The notes below the pieces were generated by a model. The model ran no database searches and had not been told where the DNA came from. It saw nothing but the letters and a program-made list of their open reading frames with translations. A program made the translations under genes and the position numbers. A stretch of 64,000 nt of DNA. Source: Felis catus (taxonomy: Eukaryota). Where the stretch lies: assembly GCF_018350175.1 (NCBI RefSeq), contig NC_058368.1, positions 140,494,001 to 140,558,000 on the forward strand, given 5' to 3'. This document shows, piece after piece, positions 13,241 to 25,630 of the stretch (its first letter is position 1; each line of letters begins with the position of its first letter).

Positions 13241-13687
13241 CTGCCTGATGGACTACATATTGGAAGTGCAATGCACATTGAAGGAATTGGCCATTCGATG
13301 TATTTCTGCCTAATTCTAAGCAAGAATTACACACATGACCAGGCTCTAGTTTTTAGATGGTGCTGGTGCCACAGAAACCCAAATGGAGGCAAACTTCAAC
13401 AAGAAATGTGGGGAAAGGATAATTTCTTGATAACCTAAACAGTATCACATGCAGAAGGTCTGCTTTTATTTGGAGGGCCCCTTGTGTTGGGTTGTCTGGT
13501 CCTCCCCCTCTCCCGCTCCACCCCCATATTGTAGTGGACCAAAGTCTGGGCTTTTATGTTCTAAGTTGCCCTCCTGCTGTGTTTTCTACATCTGTGCATC
13601 TATAATTACGGTGCCACCTGGGAGAGCCGCTCTCCTCCTCTCTTTGCCCATGGAGACATTGCCCTGTGGAGTCTAAAGAACGAAATG

Positions 13688-13717
13688 GTTGCTATGGTTG
13701 CCGCGCGGCAACAATGT
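13688..13717. promoter_or_regulatory. Candidate RFX X-box-like palindrome with adjacent SOX-like AACAATG
   Basis: gttgctatggttgc overlapping the perfect 16-bp palindrome gttgccgcgcggcaac (13697-13712); motif match only. Confidence 0.4.
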
Positions 13718-14284
13718 CGAGCTCAGTTTGACTTGAAAGTCACGCTGCTGCATGAAGAAGGTTGGAGACTCAATTTGGCCCGGTTACAAGTTGCTTATTA
13801 TATTCTATAGGTATAGTCACTGTGGCATCCTTGGTTGTACTCTGTGACCTCTAAGATGTGTATAGAAATAGAATGTGAATAAATGACTGTGTCTGTTGAG
13901 GTAGGAAAGCCTCTCTCCCATAAATAACTTTTAGCTCTCGCGTGATGTGCTACAGCTCTCATTAAGTTTAGTGAGGCAGCCATGGTTCCACTTGCCCAAG
14001 CGTTCTTTTCTACAAGCCTCACCTTCATCCTCACTACCGTCTCTTTTTGAGGTGTGGGAATTTACTGCCTGGGACCAGTGAATAGCAAAACCCTATTGGG
14101 ATTTTTTCAAAGGGCCATTAAATGCCAACAGCTACCACTGCTTGCTGAGGACAATAAAAGGAGTGGAGTACTGTGGTCACCATTAGACAAACACATTGAA
14201 TTCTTACACTGTAGGTGTCCAACTTCAGTAATGCTATAATCGGTTTGAGTTCATTTAATCATGCTTGCACTGAAATAGGTTTTT

Positions 14285-14433
14285 GCATTGAGGAGGACAT
14301 TGGTTGGGATGAGCCCTGGGTCTTGTATATAAGTGATGAATCATGGGAATCTACCCCCAAAACCAAGAGCACACTGTATACACTGTATGTCAGCTAACTT
14401 GACAATAAATTATATTAAAAAAATAAAAAATAA
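14285..14433 (+). mobile_element. Feline/carnivore L1 3' terminal fragment
   Basis: ttgggatgagccctgggtcttgtatataagtgatgaatcatgggaatctacccccaaaacc...ttgacaataaattatattaaaaaaa; TSD-like aaatagg..tttt on both sides. Confidence 0.92.
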
Positions 14434-15259
14434 ATAGGGGTTTTTTTTGAAACCTAGCGGGAATATTGCAACATAAAAAGAGTTTAACGTGTTTTGACTT
14501 AATGTCTGAAGTATGATATAATTCTTCGAAAAAGTTGGAGAACTTTGGAACATGCTCTTAAGAGAGGTTACTCCTAAAATGTCATTCAGTGCAGTTCAGA
14601 TCGACTTTGTAATTTTTTAGTAATTCGTTTAAATTTGTAATTCATTTAAAAGTTTTTAATTTTACTGTGGCACACAATGACTTTTAGTGGCATGCTCCTG
14701 TGTTGGTGTGGAGTCCTGGTAAACAGGGAAGTCTCACAGATTGTTGTTCTTTCGAGCTGGACTGGTAGTTTTGGATGAGAGGCAAGTATTCTCTTGGCTG
14801 GTGATGTTTCAAGATGTCTGCATGGAATCTTGCGTCTCACAAGACTTGATCTCATTGGTGGGTTCTTTCCACATGTCCTACTAAAGCTGCTGAATCCGTG
14901 AACCATCAGAGCTGGCAGGGTCTTTGGCAGTGGCCTTGACTTTTAAAGCATCCTGTGCCGACAGAGGAGTGTGCCTCCCTAAAACATTGTCAGGATACAT
15001 TCAGGTGTCAGGGCTTCGAGTGCATTCCTCCCCCCCAATCCTCCCCGCCCTTGATTTTCATCAGCCTTGTGCCCCTGACTTCTCACAACTCCTATCCTAG
15101 GGTTGGGGGAACAGGCAAAATCTTTGGGTCAATACCTTCAAAGGGAGCAAGGGCAAGGGAACTAGTTACCACATCTCCAGACAGCTCAAGTTACCTGCTC
15201 ATAAGGTCTTTTTTGTCTTCCTAATTTTTGTTGTTGCTGCCGTTCCACTGCCACTCTGC

Positions 15260-16096
15260 CTTCTGTGTCTGCTGCTCTAATCAACTTTTAAATGCTGAAG
15301 TTCATCAAGACTCAGTCCTAGGCTCCCTCCTCTCCCTCTGTACTTTGTGAGATAGGTGGACGAAGGTGGAGTTTTCCCTGTGGGAGATGACTTGTAAGTG
15401 TCCATCTCTAGCCCAGGCCACCTCTCTGAGCCCCAGGTCTGTCTGTGTCACTGCAAACTCAACATTCTCCACTTGTGTGTGCTATCTCAAACAAGCGTTC
15501 AGATCCAAATTCAAGACTTTCTAATACCCCCCTCCCGCCATAACCCTTCCCCCAACAAAAGATTGGGCTTTCCTCCATGTCCTCTTCCCATGAAAAGCAC
15601 CACAATCCACTCAACTTCACAGCCCAGGAATCTACACCAGCATCTCCCCCTTCCCCTTTATGTTAAATAGTGCCTACGTTCTATCATTCCTGACTCTTAA
15701 ATCTCTGTTCTTCATATGGCTCTGCCTAGTGATTTGGTCCTTGCCTCCTTCACTCATCCCTAGCACCACCTCATCTGGCCATGAGGTCCTCATCTGTCCC
15801 TCAGATGGACCCTTCCCACATTAGAGCCCTCACGTAAGTACCCTCTTACTGGCTACTGCACACCATCCTACTGATTTCATATGAAGGACCGTGTCCTTAG
15901 AGGAACCTTCCCTTGATACTTAGATGGCCATTCATCGTGGATAAGCTCTTAAGGCCTGTGTGGCTCTCTCAGAAGAGATTTAGTCCCAGAAGAATAAGGA
16001 CTGTGCCCTTGTTCACAGCATATGCTTGCTGCCTAGCGCAGGGTCTGGCACTAGGTAAACGCTTGGAAGATCCTCGTTTAGTGAATGAATGAATGA
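15260..16096 (+). mobile_element. L2 LINE fossil
   Basis: catctctagcccaggccacctctctgagccccag..., ending gcctagcgcagggtctggcactagg...(tgaa)n, typical of an L2 3' end. Confidence 0.75.
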
Positions 16097-16580
16097 AGCC
16101 CGGCTCCGTCTAGCAGTTCACATACGTCATCTACTTGGGCCTCAAAATCATGTTCAGATTGCCTAAAGAGCTTGCTAAGGCTACTCTGGAAGCAACAAAA
16201 CAGAGCAGGGAGTCACCTTGGGACTGGGGAGTCGCCCAAGTCTAGGCTCTTCTCCCATCACCAGCTTTCTCAAAGAAGAAACCCTTGCTGCTGTTAGATT
16301 TAATTAATAAGTTAGGGATGATAAAAGGAGAAAGAAGCAAGGATTCTTCTCATAAGGGAAATTGAGGAAGAGTTTGAGGAGCTTTGCATTTTACAGGTGC
16401 TAATTTCCTTAGGGTAGTTTCTTTAAAAAAAAATCCTCATAAGTCATAAGCTTGGGGGACTATAGGTTTTGCTGCCACACCTCTGAGTGACATTCCAAGT
16501 CTACCATCCGCTGCTTCCTGAGATGGTCTGGCCTCCAGAGCCACACCGATCTATTCCTGATCTCCAGGCTTGTAGCTTTT

Positions 16581-16797
16581 ATTTATTTTTTTTTTTCAAC
16601 ATTTATTTATTTTTGGGACAGAGAGAGACAGAGCATGAACGGGGGAGGGGCAGAGAGAGGGAGACACAGAATCCGAAACAGGCTCCAGGCTCTGAGCCAT
16701 CCGCCCAGAGCCCGACGCGGGGCTCGAACTCACGGACCGCGAGATCGTGACCTGGCTGAAGTCGGACGCTTAACCAACTGCGCCACCCAGGCGCCCC
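16581..16797 (-). mobile_element. Young feline SINEC_Fc-type SINE
   Basis: Near-identical to the 4745 copy in reverse; 16-bp TSD caggcttgtagctttt at 16565-16580 and 16798-16813. Confidence 0.98.
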
Positions 16798-17721
16798 CAG
16801 GCTTGTAGCTTTTAATCAAACCTCTTTCAGCTTCTTTCTCCTCTACCATTTTAGTTCTTATCTTTTTAGACCCCATTTATCCACTCAAGAGGTATCTGTT
16901 TATCATCCATGATGTTCCTCGCACACTGCTGGGACCCACCTTTATTCCTGTAGCTTGTAAACATCTCCCCACCAGTACCCCTCTCCTCAGTAACCACCAC
17001 ACTTTCAACAGGAACTGTCATTAGTTATGTAATGAGGTCTTGACTGTGTAAGTGTGCTGAGCCTTCTTTATACATTGAGTACTTTCTGTACTAGGCTTGG
17101 AATTTTAGGAATAGACACCTTCAGCATTTCGTGGTCTGTTTGCCCTACCAGCAGCCAGGCAGGAAAGGGCAGATAACTAGTATAAAATCATGAAGTACAT
17201 ATAATTCACCAAAGCCACGCAAGTTTTAGCTACTGGATACCTCTGAGGCCTCCGTCCATTCTTGGCTCAAACACCATACAAAAAGTAACCTAAGAGACCT
17301 AGTATTTGGGCAAGAGGTAGTACTAGTTGATTTTCTTTATCACTTTCTCACTCTACTCTCCCCACACCCCATTTATCTAAGTACAATTAGTCCACTGCGA
17401 GTAAATGTCTTGTTCCTAACATATGAAAGCTTCTAGCACTTAGTGGACAATTCATAAATGTTACTATCTTTTCACAGAAAGCAGTGACATGTGTTTATCT
17501 CACACTTGAAGTTAGTGGAAAAAATACTGACCATCAAGTACACATCTATCTACCCTATTTGGATTTGACCCAAGAGTTAAGCCAGATGGACCCTACAGGA
17601 GACAAAAATAATGGTCTTCAGAGTGGAAAGTGGAAAAAAAATAGTGGGACATCTATTTTTTTATTTATTGCCTCTTCAAATGTTATTTTTTAGACAAAAA
17701 TGTAGATAATATTTTGGAGCT

Positions 17722-18672
17722 AATAATTACAGCAAGAAAGAAGTATACAAAGTTAAAACACAAAATTCAGTGACTTTTTTCTGTACGCTATCAATGAATG
17801 AGTGGAACTGGAAATTAAAAACACAACACCATTGACATTAGCACCCCCCAAATGAAATACTTAGGTATAAATATAACAATATGTACAAGAAGTATATGAG
17901 GAAAGCCACAGCCCTCTGATGAACAAATCTAAGAAGCACTACATGAAGAGAGATACTCCCTGTAAGAAGACTTAATTTTACCAAGGTCATCTGTTCCAAC
18001 TTACTCTATAGATTCAATGCAATTTCAATCAAAATTCCACAAATTATTTTGTGGATATTGACAACCTAATTTTAAAATTAACACGGAGAAGCAAAAGCCC
18101 CAGAATAGCCAACACAATACTGAAGGAGAATAATTGGAGGACAGTACCTGACTTGAAACTTACTGGAAAGGTCTAGTGATCAAGACAGTGTGATAGTGGT
18201 AAAAGAGTAGACAGTACATCAATGGAAAGGAATAGAGAGCGCAGAAATAGACCCACATAAGTATAGTTAACTGATCTTGGACAAAAGAGCCAAGCAATAC
18301 AATGGAATAAAAATGGTCTTTTTAACACTAAAAGAGTAAAAAGATCACTCTCTGGCTGCCAAGGGTGAGAACAGGGAAGGAGAGATGAATAGAAAGAACA
18401 AAGAAGATTTTTAAGGACATGAAAATACTGTATATAATACTATAGTGGTGGTTACATTTGTCCAAATACATGGTATATACAATACCAAGAGTGAACCCTA
18501 GGGTAAACCATAGACTTCAGGTGATAATGATGTGTCAACGTTGAGTCATTGATTATAACAAATGTACAGTTACTGTAGGAAAATGCTGAAAATAGGAGAG
18601 GCTGTACCTGTGTAGGGGCAGGTGGTAAATGAGAAGGCTCTGTACCTTCTCAATTTTGCTGTCAACCTAAGA
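17722..18672 (+). mobile_element. L1MC-like fossil: ORF2 remnant joined to 3' UTR
   Basis: aaatacttaggtataaat, tatagattcaatgcaatttcaatcaaaattcc, gaaatagacccacataa (ORF2), then gagtgaaccctagggtaaaccatagactt...caattttgctgtcaacctaa (L1MC 3' end). Confidence 0.88.
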
Positions 18673-18685
18673 CTAAGAACTATTT

Positions 18686-18914
18686 TTTTTAATTAAAAAA
18701 AAATTTTTTAATGTTGATGTATTATTGAGAGACAGAGCGAGACAGAGCATGAGCGTGGGAGGGGCAGAGAGAGGAGGAGACACAGAATTTGAAGCATGGT
18801 CCAGGCCCTGAGCTGTCAGCACAGAGCCCGACGCGGGGTTCACACCCACCAACTGTGAGATCATGACCTGAGCTGAAGTCAGACACCCAAATGACTGAGC
18901 CACCCAGGCTCCCC
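18686..18914 (-). mobile_element. CAN-SINE (SINEC)
   Basis: Reverse SINE; TSD taagaactattt on both sides. Confidence 0.96.
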
Positions 18915-18954
18915 TAAGAACTATTTGTTTAATGGGGACAGTGTTAGTACACAG

Positions 18955-19180
18955 CAGCAATACCAAACATTTCTCTTGCTCTATGTCAGCCACTGTTGTG
19001 AGCTCTTTAGGTATGTTAGTTAATCCTCATAAAAACCTTATGAAGGGCTGTTTTTATCCCTATTTGACAGATAGGGAAATAGGCAGACAGAGATTTAGTA
19101 ACTTGCTAGTGAAGCTGATAAGTGGTAGACTGTCAAAGCCAGGGAGTCTGGTACCAAAACTCTGCTCTCAACCATTCTGC
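18955..19180 (-). mobile_element. MIR
   Basis: taatcctcataaaaaccttatgaag...ttatccctatttgacagatagggaaataggcagacagagatttagtaacttgc. Confidence 0.8.
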
Positions 19181-20396
19181 TAAGCTATAGTATGTGTATA
19201 TAATTTGCAAGTAAACGTATGTGTGCTTATAATACTTGTTCTATAGGCGTATATGACTGAGAAAGCTGAGAGACCATTGTTTGAGAAGGCTTGATGCAGA
19301 ATGAGTACTGACTTTTGTTCACTTCTAATACTATGCATCATCATATCATGGGGGTGAGGTTTGCCTATAAAAGGGACTGGGGGGGAGGAGTAGATTGTTC
19401 TTTCTAGAGGAAGGGTCCTGATGCTTATTGGAGAAGAACATCCTTAGGTAAAGAGGGTTGAGGAGGGAAATGAAGGAAAAATTAGGCCAGAATATATGTG
19501 TAAGATACTATGAAAATAAAATGGGTGTGTCTTTTTTTTTTTTTTTTTTTTTTTTTTGCAAAAGAGAAGGGTCCAGAGTGAGTTGGAAAAGGAATAAAGG
19601 AAGAATGGCAAAGAGCACAAGGGCCTGTTTAGCACCGGTTTAAGATGGAAGCAGGGCAGGCGATGAAGAAAGGGAGGACTTCATGACCTGGTGATCCACG
19701 GGTGATTTCCAGAGCACCTCCAAAAGCTCAAGGCCAAGTCCTAGAACTGAATACAGTGAGATGCTTACAAATTCATAAGAAAAAACTAAGCCCTTAAAAG
19801 TTACCTGGCCAAAGACCCAGGCCAATTCCCAAAAAGGTAAAACTAATAAACTTCCAACAAGCTCACTTCTACAAAATGTCCTGAAACCACTTAGATGTGT
19901 TTTTTTACCGGTTAATTGAATGAAACAAAGCAAACACACACACATGTATAAAGCCCTCATCTGCCCCCTCTGTTTTAGGTATCCTGATCCCTTTGCACTT
20001 GTGGGGTACACTTTTGGTAAAGTCTGGTGATGTGTGTATGTATGTACACAGACACACACGTATTTTTCAACTATATATGATATATATACACGTATGTAAA
20101 ACTAATGTTTCCTTTTAAATCCTGCCCCATATAGCAGTCTTGGATACAGTAAATATCACATAGCTGTCCTAGCATCACTGATTGTAGTGAAGAATTGGAA
20201 ATGACACATGTTGATGGTATTTAATCTAGCAAGTCAGTGGAGCATTAGGCAGACTTAGCAATCAGTGACTAGGAAGACAGTATAATCATGCAAGAAAATG
20301 TTTGATTATGATGCTGAAAAGCGCAAGACACAACTGTACCTTATAGACTACCTCTGTTAGAGTATTTGTCACCTTATGTTGAAATTCCTTATCCGT

Positions 20397-20545
20397 GGGA
20401 TACCCAGATGGCTCAGTTGGTAGAGCACATGACTCTTGATCTCTGGGTTGTGAGTTTGAGCCCCATGCTGGGTATAGACTACTTTTAAAAGATTATAATA
20501 AAATATTTAAAAAAAGAAGAAGAAGGAAAAGAAGGAGGAGAAGAA
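20397..20545 (+). mobile_element. Short ancestral-type CAN-SINE, tRNA-Lys-like head with A/(GAA)-rich tail
   Basis: tggctcagttggtagagcacatgactcttgatctctgggttgtgagtttgagccccatgctggg resembles tRNA-Lys(CTT); TSD-like gaaatt(c/g)ctt(a/g)tcc at 20381-20394 and 20546-20559. Confidence 0.88.
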
Positions 20546-20798
20546 GAAATTGCTTGTCCCTTACCTGACTGCCTTTATGGTCCAGACCTGGGAGTTCCAA
20601 GCACAGAGATGGGCTAATTTATACTATAGTGCATGTAAATGTATCCACAGTGCTTGCCCATGGTACACAATGCTGAATGAATAATCAACTTCTTCCCACG
20701 AAACAGTACCCAAGAACTAACAGTTTTTCACATTTTTAAAATTATGGCAAATGGTATGTAGAGAGTTTCTTTTCTGCATTGTATAAAGTATAATCTTA

Positions 20799-20908
20799 GG
20801 AGGGCACCTTTTGGGATGAGCACTGGATGTTGTATGGAAACCAATTTGACAATAAATTTCATATTAAAAAATAATAAAATAACTCCGTATTAAACAAAAA
20901 AACCCAAA
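20799..20908 (+). mobile_element. Feline L1 (L1_Fc-like) extreme 3' end
   Basis: ggagggcaccttttgggatgagcactggatgttgtatggaaaccaatttgacaataaatttcatatt plus A tail; TSD-like at(a/c)atcttagg. Confidence 0.9.
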
Positions 20909-21693
20909 ATATCATCTTAGGTTTCTGGATTGAAGATTAAATGAAAGCATTGGTAAAAATTCTCTGGTGTCGTATTGGTAACTGCAATAAGGTATCTACC
21001 TTAAATGAATGTATACAGATGATTGGTATATGGTCTTGTTACAGAAATCATTAGGGGAAGAACATAATACATTTCAGATATCTCCAGGATGCTTTAGAGC
21101 TGGATTCTTCTAAGTCTGATTCGTATTGTCAGAAAGACCAAGTTTTCGAAGACTAATTTTAGTAGTACTTGACCATCAGCCAAAAGATAGAATATGCCAG
21201 TAAAGGAGAGGGTTCTGAATCTTCACCCCAAGAGAATTACTGAGCTATCCAAACACAGATAGTGAAAGACTCAAAGAAGAGAACTCAGGCTTTGTTCAAG
21301 GGTTTTGTATCATTGGAAGGAAAACTTTAAAACCCCTAGGCACCCCCAGGGCTTCATGTTCTGAATCCTTCCTCCATGCCCAGTTGATGCATGCTAACCT
21401 TTCTGCTTTAGTACCTAACTTTGTATTCCATGAAGTCAAAATCTTCTAATTGCTTCCTTTACTGGTGACCTTTAAGAGATCACTTAGGCTTCTTGGGCTC
21501 AGTCTCTAAAGAAACCAAAATCTAAAGTATGATAGCATTTGTTGAATTAGGCAGAGAAAAAGCTATTTAGAGCTACAGTGAGACCGGAGAGCTTCTCAGA
21601 TGCTATAGCCTGAACTGAGGATGTGGATATTCACAGATTTTTAGTCTCAAAGTCTGTAAGTCATAATTTTTATTTTAAAAAAAAGTTCTTTCT

Positions 21694-21822
21694 GGGGGCA
21701 CCTGGGTGGCTCTGTCAGTTAAGCATCGACTCTTGATTTCAGCTAAGGTCTTGATCTCAGGGTCATGAGATTTATCCCCACATTGGGCTCTGTGCTGAGC
21801 ATGAATCCTACTAAAAAAAAAA
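21694..21822 (+). mobile_element. Short CAN-SINE
   Basis: gggggcacctgggtggctctgtcagttaagc...atcctactaaaaaaa; TSD aaaaaaaagttc(t/c)ttct. Confidence 0.93.
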
Positions 21823-21974
21823 GTTCCTTCTAATGTTTGCAGGGTTTTGCCTCTTAATAACTATTTACTACATGTATTAGTTTTATAAAATGTTACCTTT
21901 GAACTCTCATGGCCTTAGCTAATTTTAATGTTCCTTCATTGGTAGAAGATTTACAGACCATGAAAAAATTAATA

Positions 21975-22195
21975 GTCCCTATTTATTGAGTGCTTCCTCT
22001 GTGCCAGGCACTGTGTTAAATGTGATAGATGTATTATCCCAGTCCTTGCAGCACTCCTTTGAGGGACAGGGTATTATTCCTGAAATACATTTTTTAAAAC
22101 CCCTGAGTTTTCAGAGTTCAGCTTGCTCAGGGTCGAAGCAGGAAGGGAAAGTTCTGTGCTTGACCAAGATCTGTCTGCCATCAAAGCACCACTCT
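21975..22195 (-). mobile_element. MIR
   Basis: tatttattgagtgcttcctctgtgccaggcactgtgttaaatg, MIR 3' end antisense. Confidence 0.78.
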
Positions 22196-22409
22196 TAATA
22201 AGGATGATGGTCTGGAACTTTGGTAAGATTTAGCATATTAAAACAATTGAATTGGCTTGTGGGTATGTTTCATGTGGGAATTCTAGGAATTCCTTATAAA
22301 TTTGTGATACTGAAGTTCATTAACTTCCCATCTTTCAAATAAGCCCCAGAAGTATTGATCTGACCTAGCACAAGAGTTAAGTGGAAACTTGTGCACCAGT
22401 TGGCATCTA

Positions 22410-23010
22410 AAAAAGCCAAGCCTTAAAAGACTATATATATTCCCACTGTATGACATTCCAGAGAAGGGAAAGCTGTGGGAAGAGTAAAAGGATCAGTCGT
22501 TAGTTAGCAGGGGCTTAGGAGGGAGAGAGGGACAGAAGAATGAATCATTGGAACCAAGATCATTAGGGGACTGAAACTATTGTGTATGGTACTGTCAATA
22601 GTGGATATGTCATCATGCGTTTGTCAAAACCCGTGTATCAGAATATCTGACATCAAGAGTGAGCCCTGATGTAAATTACGAACTTTAATTAATAGGGTCT
22701 CTGTATTTATCAGTTGAGACAAATGTACCACCCTAATACAAGATGTTAATAATAAGAGAAACTGGGGGATGCCTGGGTGGCTCAGTCCATTAAGTGTCCA
22801 ACTCTTGATCTCAGCTCAGGTCTTGATCTCAGGGGCATGAGTTCAAGCCCCGCACTGGGCTCTGCACTGGGCGTCAGGCCTACTTAAATAATAATAATAA
22901 TTGATAATAATAGGAGAAAGTGGGAGGTGAGGGTGGAAGGCATATTTGCCCTTCCCCCTTAATTTTTTGTAAACCTAAAACTGCTCCAAAAAATACTTAA
23001 AAAAAAAACA
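22410..23010 (+). mobile_element. L1MC-like 3' UTR fossil with nested short SINE (22764-22912)
   Basis: tcccactgtatgacattccagagaagggaaa...caagagtgagccctgatgtaaatt...aaatgtaccaccctaatacaagatgttaataa...gtaaacctaaaactgctcc. Confidence 0.85.
22764..22912 (+). mobile_element. Short CAN-SINE
   Basis: gggggatgcctgggtggctcag...gcctacttaa plus (taa)n tail; TSD taataata(a/g)gagaaa. Confidence 0.93.
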
Positions 23011-23817
23011 AACAAAACTCAAATCTTTCCCTCCAGTGTCAGGATTTCCTCCATGCTTTTTAAGGTACTGACCCCGTGTCCTAAAACAGCAATTACATGT
23101 AAAAGTCTACTGTCCTTAATCCCACTCCTGGTCTTCTACCAGGTCTGTGGGTGAGCTTTTCTGTATACACTTTGTCTGTCTTTCCAGCTGCTATTATGGT
23201 CTCTGCTTACATTTGATCTATCCACTCTCGAGCCTGTCCTGCATGCTGCCATCCTATACATCTTCCTGAAATGTAGCCCTGCTCATATCCCTCCCTGAGC
23301 CAAAAACCTTTGTTTCCTTGCCCACCTCAAAGATTCTCTATCTGCATCAGGCAGCCTGTACTCCATGAAATCTTGTTAGAAACAATTGTTTCTTGAAATC
23401 AGAAGTGATCACCATCAGTATATCGTCCATAGCTTTTTGTTGGCATTTAGTCTAGTGGTCTTAGGTTAAACATTGTGCCGTACCTGCCCGTTTCTCCCCA
23501 GGCAGTTGGACTGTGATTTGATGGTAAAGACAGTGCTTTCCCCCGACCAATTGTTTTTGAATCAAGGTATTGCTTTGAATACAGTAGGCACTAGAAGGAT
23601 TGCATTCAGCAATCCTGTATTAATGTATGTATGTTCCCAGTCTCCTTAGAGCTTTGCTGTTTGGTGAAATGAAAGAGAAATCCATTGCCCTATGTTAATA
23701 GAACAGGAGGTGAGTTGTCTGACAGTAGAGTATCGTAATTTATTGGTATTTGATCACTGGCGCATTTATGTGGGGGTGCGTACCCTCTACTTTGCCCTAT
23801 TGTGTCTTAATAGTTTA

Positions 23818-24033
23818 GAGACACCTGGGTGGCTCAATTGGTTAAATGTCCAACTTCAGCTCAGGTCATGATCTCAAGGTCAGTGAGTTCAAGCCCTGAG
23901 TTGGGCTCTATGCTAACAGCTCAGAGCCTGGAGCCTGCTTCCAATACTGTGTGTCCTCTCTCTGCCCCTCCCCTGCTTGTACTCTGTGTGTCTGTCTCTC
24001 TCAAAAATAATAAATGAACATTAAAAAAAAAAC
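23818..24033 (+). mobile_element. CAN-SINE (SINEC)
   Basis: gagacacctgggtggctcaattggttaa head, CT tract and A tail. Confidence 0.95.
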
Positions 24034-24049
24034 TTAAACAGTTTAGATT

Positions 24050-24263
24050 GGGGTGCCTGGCTGGCTCAGTTGGTTGACTGACCAACTCTTGATTTCAGCT
24101 CAGGTCACGATCTCACAGTTCGTGAGTTCGAGCCCCGCATCAGGCTCTGTGTTGAGTTTGCGGAGCCTGCTTGAGGTTCTCTCCCTCTCTCCCTGCCCCT
24201 CTGCTGCGCTGTCTCTCTCTCTGTCAAAATAAATAAATAAACTTTAAAAATTAAAAAAAAAAA
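24050..24263 (+). mobile_element. CAN-SINE (SINEC), tandem with the previous copy
   Basis: ggggtgcctggctggctcagttggttg head with the ctcttgatttcagctcagg variant, and A tail. Confidence 0.95.
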
Positions 24264-24829
24264 GTTTGGATTGACATTAATGGTCTTAACCAGTACATCT
24301 TGATCCAAATATCTATCCACGTGTCTTTCCAAAAGAAATTTTTGTTGCCTAGTAAATGGGTGCCTTTGCTATCTCTCCAGTTAGAAGATTGAAAATGATA
24401 TTTAAAGATTCTGTTGTTTTGATAACTTTACATTTTTCGAGGATTCTTGTGACTGTTTCTCAAGTAATTCTTTTAAAAAAGTCTTTTTACCTTTGTGGCT
24501 TAATTCCAGTGTAAAATTTTCAATGGGGTGGAAAGGGGTATATATTTTCTAGTCTTTTTTTTTTTTTAATCTCAAGTAGAAGGTGGGGTGAGATAGAAAT
24601 ACGTCGTAGCTCAGTTATTGCCTCCAACACTTAAGAGTTCAGCTTGAAGAAAAATAATTGGCTGGAAAGAAGGAGCATGCATCTATAGAACCAAATTTGT
24701 TTCTTATTTGCTTTCAAAACCGTTTTAGCAAAGCACATTTCACCAAGATGAATTTCAGCTTGAGAGATGTCCAGATGTTAAAGTGGCAGGACTCCAAATA
24801 CTGAATGTGCTGTGGTTTTAGAAAAATAG

Positions 24830-25034
24830 TCTCTCTCTCTCTCTCCCTCCCTCTCTCCCTCTCTCTCTCCCTCCCTCTCTCCCTCTCTCCCTCCCTCTCT
24901 CCCTCTCTCTCTCCCTCTCTCTCTCCCTCTCTCTCTCCCTCCCTCTCTCTCTCCCTCCCTCTCTCCCTCCCTCTCTCCCTCCCTCTCTCTCCCTCCCTCT
25001 CTCTCCCTCCCTCTCTCTCTCTCTCTCTTTTTTT
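24830..25034. repeat. ~205-nt pure polypyrimidine (CT/CCCT) tract
   Basis: No purine on the + strand across the tract. Confidence 0.97.
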
Positions 25035-25630
25035 GGTTTTCTTATGTTTCTTTAAAAATAAAGGTCAAGAGCGATACCAGCAGGAAAGTCAGAACAGAAG
25101 TGAATTTGGAGATATGTTCTCATTGAGGAATAAAGGGAATAATCTTTTAAAAAGGAGCTGCAGTTTAATAAGACATAGGAAATGGACTTAGGAGTTCAGT
25201 TGACCGTAACCTCAATTTCAGTCAATAATGCAATTTGGTGTCAAAAAAGTCACCGAAATGTTAGGTTGTTTTATTCTGTGTTTGTTTTGAGGGAAGATTA
25301 GCATCCTATTATGGTTTCAGGTGCTACATACATTTTTAACTTCTGTATTTGTTTCTTTATAAAAATTAAAAAGCTATGACAAAACTCTTGATGTTTGTCT
25401 ATCAAATTTGATATCTATCATCAAAATGCAAGTCAGTATTAGATTATTCGTTGAATTAAAAGTTATTTCTTAATTTGGCAAGATGATAGAAATAGTAATT
25501 GGTCAGAAAGGCACAAAATACAGTAAGAATTGTAGAAGAGATGTTGGGGTGCAGGAAGGGAAAAGTTGGGTGAGATGGAAAGTTATCCAATGTGTTCTTA
25601 GTGCTTTAAAATAGAGCACAGCTGGGGGTG

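Noticed and set aside
24805..25191. 128-aa SL/SP-rich ORF
   Set aside because: Read-through of the CT polypyrimidine tract
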